Shown one piece after another: positions 21,347 to 32,820 of a stretch of 36,302 nt of DNA (the stretch's first letter is position 1; each line of letters begins with the position of its first letter). Source of the DNA: Parvularia atlantis (lineage: Eukaryota); assembly GCA_943704415.1 (NCBI GenBank), contig CALSCO010000161.1, positions 1 through 36,302 of the forward strand, read 5' to 3'. The notes beneath the pieces were generated by a model. The model was not told where the DNA came from. It did no database searches and saw nothing but the letters and a program-made list of their open reading frames with translations. The position numbers and the translations under genes were made by a program.

Positions 21347-22562
21347 TCACTCGTCACTGCCGCGCGCCGACCGCTCCTGCTTATCGGCGGCCGCGGTCTT
21401 GCTCGACGACAGCTGGTGCGCCGCACCGTAGCCGATCGCGCCGCCGACGACGACCGAGCCCAGCAGCGCCGCGCCCTGCGCGCCTGGGTCGTTGCGCGGT
21501 CAGCGTGCACGTCAAGCGGGGGAGAGAGGGCGCGCCGCACCCGCGACCATGCCCAGCGGCCCGCCCAGCAGCCCGCCGACGACGGCACCGATGATGGGCA
21601 CGGCGGCCATCTGCAACTTGGCGGCCTGGCGTCGTGCGATCAGCGCGCGCCACTGACGACACACACGATGCACCGTGCTCAGCTCCTTGACGGCGCCGCG
21701 CACGCTCTCGCGCGTCTGCTGGATGTTGCCCTCGATGTGGTCCACGGCCGGTGCCTGCTCCGCGATCACCCGGTTGAGGTCCTCAAACGTCTGCGCGAGC
21801 TGCTCGAGCTCGTGCTCGAGGTGGAGCAGGTCGGCCGGGTGCTCGCTGCCCAGCGTCGGCAGCGGCTGCAGCAGCAGCTGCTGCGTCTGGCGCTGCGACG
21901 TGCGCGGCGCCGCGTCCGGCTCGAGCGCGTCCAGCTCGAAGCCGAGCAGCCGCTGGTCCTGCAGCCGCTCGATCGCCGCGACGCTGCCGCGGAAGCGCGC
22001 CGTCGTCTCGTGCACGTCCTTGAGCAGCTTCTTGAGCCGGATGCGGTTGACCGGCAGGTTCTGCACCTCGGGGAAGTCCTTTGCGCCACCCCCGTCCGCC
22101 GTCAGCAGCCGCCGCCGCCGCCGCGGGGGGGAGGGGCGCCGCGCACCAGCCGGAACTGCTTCAGCTGCTCGAGCCGGTCGCGCAGCACGAGGTGCAGCGC
22201 CTCGGCCCGCTGCGCCATGCCCTCGACGCGCTGCAGCGTCACGCCGGGCTCGGCCATCTGACGCGCGCCCGTGACGCGCGTGAAACGCTGACCACGGGGC
22301 TGCGGGGGCCCGCGCCTGCCGCATCGGGCAAGGCGCACGCGCCACGCACCGCGTGCTCGATGTGGCTCACGGCCATCGTCAGCCGGTGCAGCTCCCCACC
22401 CATGTTGTCCATCAGCACGCGCAGCCGCTCCTGCCCGACCGCGTACGCCGCGTCGCCCGCGCGGTCGGCGGGGCCCGCGGTCGGCGACGGCGCGCGCGGG
22501 CTGCTGCTGCTGCTGCTGCTGCCGTCATCCGAGTCGAGGCGCACGTCGGCATCGAACGACAT
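21347..22562 (-). CDS. STX17: Syntaxin-17-like Qa-SNARE
   Basis: SNARE motif [52 protein letters not shown], then tandem Gly-zipper TM hairpin [20 protein letters not shown]...[14 protein letters not shown] and a polar tail. Confidence 0.82.
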
Positions 22563-22641
22563 CGTCACGTGCGCGCCGTCTCTCTCTCTCACGTCTCTGT
22601 CTTCTGTACACCGAGAGTGAGGGGGAGGGGGGGCGCACGCG

Positions 22642-25600
22642 TCAGTCACGCCGCGGCACCGCCGTCGTGTTGGCGGAGAAGCAGCAGCTGCGGACAGTGC
22701 GAAGCGAGATCAGTGACGGAAATGTCAACACGTAGCGTGACGCGCGTCACCTCGCCTCGTGCGCGGCCGACCGCAGCTCGTGGCGCACGTAGCGCTGCAG
22801 CCGCACGGCCCGGTCGAGCATCATCGCGGCCTCGTTGTACGCCTGCTCGACGCTGCGCTGCCCTGTGAGCGCGCCGATCTTTACGTGCGCGCAGAACGCA
22901 CTCGCCCGTCTCGAGCAGCCGCGCGACCGCGCCGTACTCGCTGATCAGCTGCTGTACGTCGCGCCCGAGCTTGCTGTGCGTCTCGCTCACGAGGTTGCTG
23001 CGCACAAGAGCGATCAGCACGGCGCGCAGCGAGCGGGCGGCACACACAGCACAAAGGTGTTGGGCGCGAAGTCGCCTGGCGCGACCTTGGCCAGCGACGC
23101 GCGAAACAGCGGCGACAGGTCCGAGAAGCCGTGCGTCTGCGCACGCACAGGGTTAACAAATGCGACGCACACCGTACGCAACGACGCACGCGGCGGAAGA
23201 CTGAGAGCCGGCCGCGCATAAACTCGATCGCGCCGCGCACGCCGTGCAGCCGCGAGAGCACCGCGTTGCGGCGGCCAAGGCGCGCCCAGTACGGCAGCAG
23301 CAGCGTGCGCGCAGGCAGATCTGCGCGCCCGAGCACCTGCGACCACAGGCCGAACGGATGGTAGCTGCGCTCATTGTGTGCTGTCAGCGAGTGCGCACAG
23401 CCGCGCTTGGGTGCGCACCCGAGGGCCCACGTGAGGTCGACCTCGGGCGCGGCGTGCACGTCGTCGAGGCGCGTGAGCGGCGACACGACGCCCGCGACCG
23501 CGCTCAGCAGGCCCGCGGCAACGGCGCGGTCGAGCGAGGCGTGCGTATCAAGCAGCAGCGGCGCGGCGGCCCCATCGAGGCCGAACGCCGTCCGCGCGCG
23601 CTTGCCCGCGCCGCCCTGCACGGCGACGACGAGGTCGTCCACGGCGGCGTAGTCGCTGTGCGTGTCGACGAGCAGGCCGTCGTGCGGCTCGAGCAGCGAG
23701 AGGACGAAGACGGGCACGATGCGCACGGTCTGCGGCGCCGTCAGCCGCACGCGCTACGTAGATCGAACCAATACGACGCACGCGCGACGCCGACTTGTCG
23801 CTGAGCGCCTCCAGCCGGCGCATCGTGCTGACGAGCCGGGTGAGGTCGTCGTCCTGCTCGTCGTCCTGCCGCAGCTCGTGCTCAGCAGGCGCAAAGGGAG
23901 AGTGCGGCACGGGCGCACCGTGAACGACAGGTCGGGCAGCGTCGGCAGGGCGGCTTCGGCAAACGCACCCGGCACAAGCGAGGCAATGAGCGCGTCGCTG
24001 ATGCCACTCACGTGCCGCGCAAACGCCTGCGAGTTGAGCGACTGCACCACGTACGTCTCGTTGCTGCGACACGCATCAGGCCAGCGCCAGACGCACAACG
24101 AGCTATGCGCACCCGCGCTGCATCGCGACCGACTCGAGTGACTTTTGCAGCGCCGTGGCCAGCTGCGGGTGGTCATGCAGGAAGTGCACGCCTGGCAGTG
24201 CATGCGCGTGAGCAGGATGGGGCGGCATCAGGCACGCGCCCGTCGCGCACCATACACAAAGTCGATCTTGTGCACCGACGGGACCATGCGCCGCATGTAG
24301 CGCTCAATCACGTCTGTGTTCAAAGACGCCACCAACTCTGCCGCGTTCCGCAGTGAGCATAACGGGCAGCGACGCAGCCGGCCCGCGCACGGTCGGGCGG
24401 CGGCGACGGGTCGAGCGGGTTGAACAGGTCGTGGTTGCGCAGGACGACCACCGGCACAACGATGCGCGCCGAGTGCACCTGTGGTACGAAGCGCAGGTTA
24501 GGCAGGAAGATCTGCGCGGCCGCACGCGTCAGCAGTCTCGCATGCACGAAGAGCGGGACGCGCGCACCTGCTGGATGGCCGACTGCACGGCGACGGCGAG
24601 GTCGACCGCAAACAGCGCCTTGAGCGCCGCGTCCTGCGAGAACGCGCCCAGCGAGCCCTCGAGCGGCGCCGTCTCCCACATGAACCTGCCAGTGGTGGCC
24701 CCCTTGCTGTCAGCCATCGCGACGGGGGATGCGGCTGACGCGCACCGCGCGAGATTGGGCGTCCGGTCGCCGCCAAAGACGCCCACTGCGCGCCCCGGCT
24801 CAGTCGCGCGCAACATGCGTGGCGCGCACGCACCGACGGGCAGGGTGTCCGTCGGCGCAGCGACACGTGTGATTGGCGCGGCAATCGCGTTGACGTCAAC
24901 CACGACGCAGCCTTCGGGCCCGACAAACGCGGAGCTGCCGGGCACGAGCGGGTCTGGCGCAATACGGTGAGCGACAGCGCAGCGGCGTGCATTACGAGCA
25001 GCGGCACCGAACGTGTAGCTGTACGGCGTGTAGCGCACGCCCTCGAGCACCTGGCGCACGGTCGCGTGCTGCGGCAGGAGCGAGGCCGGCCGCCCCTCGA
25101 GCACGGCGCCGTTGAGGTTGAGCACAAACACGACAAACTCGTTCTGCGCACGTGCACGTCAGCCGAGCGTGCAGTGCACGCACAGGGCCGCGTTGCGCAC
25201 CACAAGCCCGTGCGAGCCCTCGGCGTCCGCGCCGCCGATCATCGTGCGTGCCGTCTCCGGCCGCGCGATCGACTGCGGCACGAGCCATCAGGCCCACCGA
25301 CGATGAGCGCGCACGTGCGCACCGCCAGCAGCTCGCCGTAGAACGGCGCGATCTTGTCGACGACGTACACAGTCTCGCCCTGCGCGGTCGCCTGTCGCGC
25401 GGCATCGGTCAAGATCGACCAGCAGCCGTGTCTGGGCGCGCACCGCGGCGGCCTGGCGCATCGTTTCGTGCAGCGCGGGCGTGTACACGCTCTGGCGCAG
25501 GTGCAGCACCTCGTAGTTGAGCACGAAGCGCACGCCGAGGGGCTCGTTGCCGTCGTCGCCGTCACCGCTCATCAGCGGCTCGCGGTACGTGAGCGACTGC

Positions 25601-25926
25601 GACAGCTGCGGACGTGTGCATCCGACGTGAGCCGCGTCAACCGTGCAACGATGCAGCCGTCCGGTGCGCACGAGATCGTGCAGCCGCGCCTCGTCCAGCG
25701 TGAAGCCGTACGCGCCGTCGCCGCTCTCGAACCCGATCAGCACGACCTTGACGCTGACGGGGACGCGGTCGACCTTTCGCGCCGCCGTCTCAGCGGCACA
25801 TCAACCGATCGTGCGACGGCGGACGGCGCACGCCACCGGCAGATGCTCCAGGGCCGCGGCGGGCGCGACGACGGCCGCGACGAGCGCCGCAACGAGCGCG
25901 ATCAGCGCGCGCCGCCTCGCGGGCAT
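22642..25926 (-). CDS. Signal-peptide protein resembling the plant At5g58100 (KNS3/SPOT1) family, ~18 introns
   Basis: Collinear recalled family motifs: VKVVLIGF..GDGAY, RIVVPVVVLRNH, GVHFLHDHPQLATA, RIVPVFVLSL, RAVAAGLLSAVAGVVSP, LTWALG.HPFG, terminal CC. Confidence 0.7.
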
Positions 25927-26067
25927 CTTGGGTCTCGCTGATGGCGCGATCGTCGCAAAGCAGGACTGTCATGCTTCGCGGGCACGCTGGGTGTTGCTGC
26001 TGACGAAATGGGCGCAAAGTCGTTGCACAAAGCGTGGGACATGCGCGGGGTGTGTGCACGCGAGGGC

Positions 26068-26879
26068 TCACGCCAGCAGCGTCAGCGAGAGCATCGCGAC
26101 GATGGCGGCCGCGAGCGTGAGCAGCAGCGACGTGACGGGCGCGGCCGCGGCCGAGACGGTGAGGCACGAGTACTGCGTGCCGCTGGCGCAGTTGCTGTTG
26201 AGCGTGGTCGTGTTGCAGTTCGTCATGCACTGGTCGTCGCTGCAGAGCGAGCGCTGCGACATGCCCGTGTCGCACGAGTACTGCGAGCGAGCCGCGACGT
26301 GAGCGCGACGTGAGCGCGACGTCGATGCGGCACAAAGACGTGAGCGACGCGCGCGCGAAACACGCGTGAGACGCAGATGAGGCAAGACGACGACGCACCT
26401 TGACGAACAACGTCGCGCCGCCGCCCGCGCCCGTGTAGCGGCCGCAGTTGCCCGTGTAGAAGAAGAAGGCCGAGCGGAAGTCGCCGGAGCAGTCGGTCAC
26501 GCCCGAGGGGAAGATCTTGTTGGTCACATATGTGCCGCTGGCGAGGCTGTACGCGTCGGTGAAGCCACCGGGGCCGGTCGTGACACACTCCACGGTGCCC
26601 GTGACGGTCACGCTGCCGCCGCCGACAGTGATCCGCTTGCACGTCGCGTCGGCCTGGCCTGCCGCAGTGCGCGCGCGCTGCCGTCAGCCAAGTTGCGAAC
26701 AACAACAACAACAACGCACAGCCGCCGGGGACGTCCGAGTTGCTGTAGGCCTGGTAGTTGCGGCCGGCGTCGCTGCACGTCTCGCTCTGGTACGAGCGGA
26801 TGACGAGGTACTCGGCGGCGCGCGCCGTGGCGGCGAGGGCGGCGAGGGCGGCGAGGACGACGACGGCGTTGGGGCGCAT
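26068..26879 (-). CDS. Cys-rich secreted protein with a hydrophobic C-terminus (putative GPI anchor), paralogue A
   Basis: MRPNAVVVLAALAALAATARA signal peptide; two introns; YSCDTGMSQRSLCSDDQCMTNCNTTTLNSNC; ends AAAAPVTSLLLTLAAAIVAMLSLTLLA*. Confidence 0.8.
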
Positions 26880-27120
26880 GGCGACGGAGGGAACGCTTCC
26901 CGTTGGCCGCGCGATCGGGCCTATCGGCGGCGGGCGCGCGTGTGTCGCTAAGGGGGCGAGGGAGGATGTGCGCAGGCCCGGCGGCACTCCGCAGTGCCGG
27001 CTGCCTGCGCGCGCTCAGATCCGCGAGCACAAGCACGATGCACCGCGGCCGCATAAAGGCGTGGCGCGGCGCGGCCCGGCAGCAGCACCCGCTCGCAGCA
27101 CCCCGCACCACATCGCAGAG

Positions 27121-27612
27121 ATGGCCCGCGCCCACGCCCTCGCCCTCGCCCTCGCCCTCGTCGCCATCGCCGCGCTCGTAGCGCCCGGCGCGCTCGCCCA
27201 GACGGCCAAGTACCAGGTCTACTCGCGCTTCTACTCCAACAACACGTGCGGCGGCCGCGCCGACTTCTACAACCTGCTGCTCGCGCCGCGTGCGTCTCGC
27301 CGCCTCGCCTTGCCGCTCCCCTTACGCAGCCGCGCTCACGCCCCGGTGCGCGCAGCGACGTGCAACAACGTGACCTGCCGCGCCATCAGCACCTACTTCG
27401 GCTTCATCGAGTGCGTCAACCAGCCCACGCAGACCATCCTCCCGGACACGTACGTGGGCAACTTCCTCTACAACGGCTCGACGTGCACCACGAGCCTGTT
27501 CAACTCGGCCCAGATCTACCGCGTGGGGGCGTGCATCCAGGACGACTTTGGCCCGGACATGGCCAAGTTTGTGACGGTGCGTGCGCGTCCTGCAGGCGGC
27601 GGACGTGCTCGG

Positions 27613-27667
<55 letters not shown>

Positions 27668-28014
27668 CGCAGTTCTCGTGCGCCGGCGGCACGCCCATGC
27701 GCCGCACGTGCGACGACAACATGTGCTCGACCAACTGCGTGACTACGACGCTCACCAACTCGTGCAACACGACCGCCAGCGGCGCGGCCTCGACCGCCTA
27801 CGTCTGCTACAGCGGCACGAACGACCTGAGCGCGCAGCAGAACGATCTGCCGACGGGCACGCCGACGCCGACGCCGACCACGACGGGGCCCACGCCGACG
27901 CGTCCGACCGGCACGGTCCCGGTCGTCCCGACGGGCGGCGCGGCGGGCGGCGCGGCCCCGGCGTCGATCGCGGCGCTCGTCTTTGCGGCGCTCGTGCTCG
28001 CCGTCTGGCAGTGA
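27121..28014 (+). CDS. Cys-rich secreted protein with a Pro/Thr stalk and hydrophobic C-terminus (putative GPI anchor), paralogue B
   Basis: MARAHALALALALVAIAALVAPGALA signal peptide; two introns; FSCAGGTPMRRTCDDNMCSTNCVTTTLTNSC; PTPTPT stalk; ends ASIAALVFAALVLAVWQ*. Confidence 0.82.
27615..27667. repeat. Compound (CT)n(CA)n microsatellite in an intron
   Basis: Visible dinucleotide runs. Confidence 0.9.
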
Positions 28015-28112
28015 GTGCACCCACGTACGCGTCCCCCCCCTCTCTGTGTTCACCCTGTGGTCGTTCGAGTCAGGTATAGCGTACCGGCCACCGCTGGCCA
28101 TGCGCTCTGCGA

Positions 28113-28145
<33 letters not shown>

Positions 28146-28174
28146 GAGCACAAGGTGACCCTCAGCCGACACAG

Positions 28175-28413
28175 CGTGCGCGGGCCTGCCGTGCGTGGAC
28201 GTCGCGCCGCTCGTCCGCGACACGAGCGACTGCTTTGGCGCGTGCTCGCCCGACGACGACGATCGGGCAGCGCCGGCGGCTCGCGCGAGTCGGACGTGTG
28301 CCACCAGGGCGGCAACGACTCGGACGTGCCGCCGACGCCGACGCCCTACGCGGCCGCGCGCACGTCGATCGCGGTCGACACGGCGCTGCTGGCCCCTCGT
28401 CGTGCTCGTCTGA
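28175..28413 (+). pseudogene. Frameshifted remnant of the terminal exon of the Cys-rich surface protein family
   Basis: Fragments CAGLP...DCFGAC, DVCHQGGNDSDVPPTPTP and SIA...LVVLV* lie in different frames and parallel the last exon of paralogue B. Confidence 0.5.
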
Positions 28414-28451
28414 GTGCGCGGTCGTTGCTTTCTTTGTGCTGCTGATCGTTC

Positions 28452-29497
28452 ATGAACGAAGACGACGAGGTCGATGCCGCGCCGCGTCGCGACGACCGTG
28501 ACGAGGTGCCGCGCTGCCCGGCCGCCTCCATCGCGCCGCTGATCGCCGCGGGCCACTGCAGCTGCTGCGCCAGGCGCTGCCCGTCGCACGTCGCCCGCTC
28601 GGCTCGGTGCACGACCCGCCGGCGACGGGCGCCGAGTACCTCCGCCGCGTCCGGTGCGGCCCGGCCCATCTGCGGCGCGTGCCGGACGGCGTTGCTGACG
28701 GCGCGGCCCGCAGCGTCGAGGCGTCGCGCATCGCGCCCGTCCTCGTCGCCAAGACGCCGGCAGCCGCGCCCGGGACGCCGACGGCCGTCGCGCCCGCGAT
28801 CGCCGCGCTGCTGAGGCCCGTCGCGACGCCGGCGGCGCCCGCGGGCCTCGCGCCGGCGGCCGAGTGGGAGGCGCTCTTTGTGGCGCAGTTCTCGCAGCTG
28901 CGTCTCGTGCGCCGTTCCATGCGCTGCGCTTTCGGCAAGCGGCTGATCAGAGGCGCGCAGACGTACGAGGCCGTGCGCAGGACGCGCAAGCGCGAGCGTG
29001 GCGTGAGCGGGACGGGCACGGGGCTGCCGGCGCTGCGTGACGACCGCGCGTGGCGCACACTGATCGCCAGCCAGCCGCCGACGACCGCGACGCTCGCGCG
29101 CATCGGGCCCGGCGCGACGGCGCGGCTGCTCGAGGGCCTCGCGACGTGGCTGGACGTGCGGCTGCCGAGCGAGCTCGAGGCGCAGTGGTGCTTCGCACTG
29201 GTGCGGCGCCGTCTGCTGCTGCTGTTGCTGCTGATCGCAGACGGCACGCGCGCAGCTCGCGCACGTCGAGAAGCCCGTGACGGCCGAGGCCGCAGTGGCG
29301 ATGCGCGCGCTGTGCCGCACGTGTGCCGCGATCCGCGCGGGCCTGGTGCGCCGCGCCCGCCTTGCTGCCGTGCACGCGCCCGTCTCACGCACAGGCCGCA
29401 GACGAGCGAGACCGACGTCGACTCGCCCGCGCTAGCCACACTCAACATGGTCATCGCCATCGTCACGCTCTACTACGAGCAGCGTGATCTGCGTTGA
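28452..29497 (+). CDS. GEMIN2: Gemin2 (SMN-interacting protein 1)
   Basis: LLRQALPV...PPATGAEYLRRVR.EA, WEALFVAQFSQLR, LPALRDDRAW, QWCFALLA.VEKP, LNMVIAIVTLYYEQRDL. Confidence 0.85.
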
Positions 29498-29602
29498 GAC
29501 GCACGTGTCGCGAACTGAAAACGCACATGAGACGGACTTGAGCCGATCTGGAGGCGCGCTCCATCAGAGACTTGTTTTTTCGCTTCAAATCGCGATGCGC
29601 GC

Positions 29603-29808
29603 ACGAGCCTGTACCAGGTGTTCCTGTACTACCCGGAGAGCGACGTGGAGTGCATCACGCGCAACGCCGACCCGGATGGTGCTGCCGCCGCAATCGGGGC
29701 CGCGTCGTCGGGCACTGACGGCCGCTCGACTGCACCGTCAACACGCCACGGATGGAGGTCAAGTGCGCCAACTCCCTCGCGACGGTCGTGCCGGCGGGGG
29801 TATACAAA
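29603..29808 (+). pseudogene. Probable N-terminal remnant of the Cys-rich surface protein family
   Basis: SLYQVFLYYPESDVECITRNAD and LDCTVNTPRMEVKCANSLATVVPAGVY (two frames) resemble paralogue B KYQVYSRFYSNNTCGGRAD...FIECVNQPTQTILPDTY. Confidence 0.4.
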
Positions 29809-29813
29809 CGCGG

Positions 29814-31513
29814 TCATTCCCTGGTCTCGGGCAGCGGCGGGGCCTGTGTGCGCGCGCACGGTCAGCGAGAGGGAGGTGCGCACGCACGGTGCGGCAGCAC
29901 GCACCGGCTCGCTCTCGAACGTGTCGACCTTGTATTTGAGCACCTTGCCCTTGAGCCACGAGTACGAGTTGTCCCAGACGAGCACGTACACGCCCGGCCG
30001 CGTGCACTCGAGCGCGCCCGTGATGCTGCGCACACATGCTGCTCAGCTGATCGCAGGCACACGCGCAGGCTCTCACGCACGAGTCCTCGTGCGACGAGTG
30101 CCGCTTGCTCTCTACGGCGGTCTCGGGCCGCGCGCCCTCGTCCGCAAGGTAGTCGACCTGGGGAGGCGCAGCACGAGTGAGCGCAGCAGTGCGGAGCGGG
30201 CCCGCACGCACGCGGAAGCCGATGTCGTGCTCCTCGGTGCAAAAGTCCCACGTGAGCTCCGTGCCAGCGCGCTCAATTGTCACGCACTCGCTCAACGTCT
30301 TGCCCGCGCCGACGGTCACGCGCTTGTAGCTCTACGGGCGTGCACGCGCGTCAGTGCGGACATCGTGGACGGCATGCGGGCGCGCACCTCGTCGTTGCCG
30401 CGGTACAACGCCTCAGGCACCATCCCGCCCGGCAGCAGGTGGTGCTCGCGGCAGTACGCGTCGCTCAGCGTCCCGCCGAAGCGCACCGGCAGCGACTCTG
30501 CCGCCTGCCGTCAGCACGGGCAGCGCGGGCGGGGCGCACGCACCGGGCGGGATCGCCTCGAGCAGCGTCTTCTGGTAGTCGGAGCCGAGCATGCAAAACT
30601 TGGAGCGCGTGTGCGCGTCGATGGCTGTGCCGGCGACACTGAAGATGAGCGAGAAGATCTTGGGCGTGTTTATGAAGTAGGCCGTCTTGAGGATCTCGGG
30701 GAACATGTCCATCTCGAACTGCGACTCCTGCGCGCGCCGCAATCGTTGAGCGGGTGTGCTCATGAAGTGGCGTGTCGCGCACACCTGCATGAACCAGTTG
30801 AGGCCCGGGCGGTACAGATGCCGCGTGCCGACGCCGTCTAGATCGTTGACCGTGATGAAGATGCCGTCGCGCGAGTCCTTGAGCGCGCGTTCAAAGCTCT
30901 CCATCTGCCACAGCTGCGGCCGCGCCCCGTCGGCGCGCGTCCGCACGTGAACAGAGCAGGCAGCGCACGCGGAAGCGCAGCATCTCGTCGCCGCTCGTCG
31001 CGCGCATGAGTCCGCGCAGGTCGAGCGCGCCTGCCGTGCATGATGAGCCGAAGCGATCACGAGCGGAGCGCAAAGAGGGGCGCACCGGGTCGGATCATGA
31101 TGATGCGGTAGCCCTCGCGCGACTTGCCCGGCAGCAGTGCCCACGGCATGTAGTCGAGCAGCACCTGCGACGCGCACAAAACACACGTCAGACGCCTCTC
31201 AGCGGCGACGTCCGGCGTCGGCGGCACCTGCGGCGGTGTGTACGTCTCGACGATCGTGTCGACGCCGTACTTGCGCCGGTTGTCGAGCGCGCTGCGCAGC
31301 ATGCGCTCGGCCTTGGCCAGGTCGAAGCGCCGCGCGCGCAGGAAGCGCAGTAGGTACGCGTCGTCGTGGCGCCCCGGCTGCAGCACGTCCGCGAGCCGCC
31401 CGCGGAACTGGGCAGCGCTGTCACTGAACTGCGCGGATTCGGCGCTGCGCGCGACGCACTGCGGCCAGCGCCTCCTCCTGCGCGAGCGAGAGGCCGCCCG
31501 GGAAGCCGCTCAT
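29814..31513 (-). CDS. SEC14-like CRAL-TRIO + GOLD domain lipid-binding protein, ~10 introns
   Basis: HDDAYLLRFLRARRFDLAKAERML, FPEILKTAYFINTPKIF, LP.RFGGTL, WDFCTEEHDIGF, PGVYVLVWDNSYSWLKGKVLKY; ends APPLPETRE*. Confidence 0.92.
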
Positions 31514-31628
31514 CGAGACGCGGCGCGCAGCGGGCGAGCGAGGGGCGACGGCCCGCGGCGCGCGCGCGGCAGGTGGCGTGACAGTCCGCCACTTCTCCCG
31601 CCGCACTCGGCATCAGCGCGCGCAAGCC

Positions 31629-32782
31629 ATGGCCGTGCGTGGCCACGTGACCGGCGTGCGGGGCCCCCAGACTCACTTGGGGCGGCGCGCAGGCCGCGCA
31701 GTCGTCGTCGTCCTTCTTCGAGACGGTGGCGGGCGTGCGCCTCGCGTACCGCGTGCTGCCGGCGCCCGCGGGCGCCACGGCGGGCGCGGTACCGCTCGTG
31801 TTGATCCAGGGCCTGACGGGCGTGAAGGAGGACTGGATGGACTTCACCGGCGAGCTCAACAAGGACCGGACGGTGCTGGTGCGTGCTGCGCGTGCACGCG
31901 TCTCGCGCATGCGTGCACGGCTGTGCTGAGCGGATGCGCGGATCGCACAGATCTTTGACAACCGCGGCATCGGCGAGTCGTCCGTGCCCGCGACCGAGTG
32001 GACGGTGGAGGACTTTGCGACGGACGTGCTCAAGCTGGCGCGGCACGTCGGCTTCAAGCGCTACAACGTGCTCGGCATCTCCATGGGCGGTATGATCGCG
32101 CAGAACGTCGCGCTGCTCGCCCCGCCCGAAACGATCAACCGCCTCGTCCTCGGCTGCACGTCGCACGGCGGCCACCACGCCCCGCCCCCGCCCGCGCGCT
32201 TCATGGAGAACCTGCTGATGGCGATGCAGCACAAGGGCCGCCTGGGCGAGGAGGAGAAGCGCGCGTACGTCACGAGCACGATGCGCATCAACCTGACGGT
32301 GCATGCGCGTCCCGTTGCATCCCGAGCCGCGCCTCAGCCTGACCGCACCCGCGCGCGCAGGACGAGTTTGCTGACCGGCACCCGGAGCGCTTCAACGCGA
32401 TGGTGACCGAGAACCTCAAGTGGCGCCGCCCGGCCAAGGGCATCATGCTGCAGACGATGGCGCTGTCGAGCCACAACACGCGCGAGCGCCTGGGCCAGAT
32501 CACCTGCCCGACGCTGATCGTCCACGGCGACCAGGTGCGTGCGTGTGTGTGTGTGTGTCTGTGTGTGTGTGTGTTTCTCGTCTGCGCGTGCTCACGGGGA
32601 GTGCGCAGGACGGCGCGCTCGTGTGGGAGAACGCGGTGCTGCTGGCCAAGGGCATCCCGCACGCGCGCGTGCTGATTGAGCCCGAGGTCGGCCACTGCTT
32701 CTGGCTGATGGACGACGGCCTGAGCGCGCGCGTCGTGCGCAAGTTCCTGGCCGACGGCGACCCGGCGCGCGCGAAGCTGTGA
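31629..32782 (+). CDS. Alpha/beta-fold hydrolase, 4 introns
   Basis: PLVLIQGLTG, FDNRGIGES, nucleophile elbow GISMGGMIAQ, ITCPTLIVHGDQD, EPEVGHCF. Confidence 0.92.
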
Positions 32783-32820
32783 AACCTCTATGAAACGGCT
32801 GTTTCTCATACGGCGGTCAA

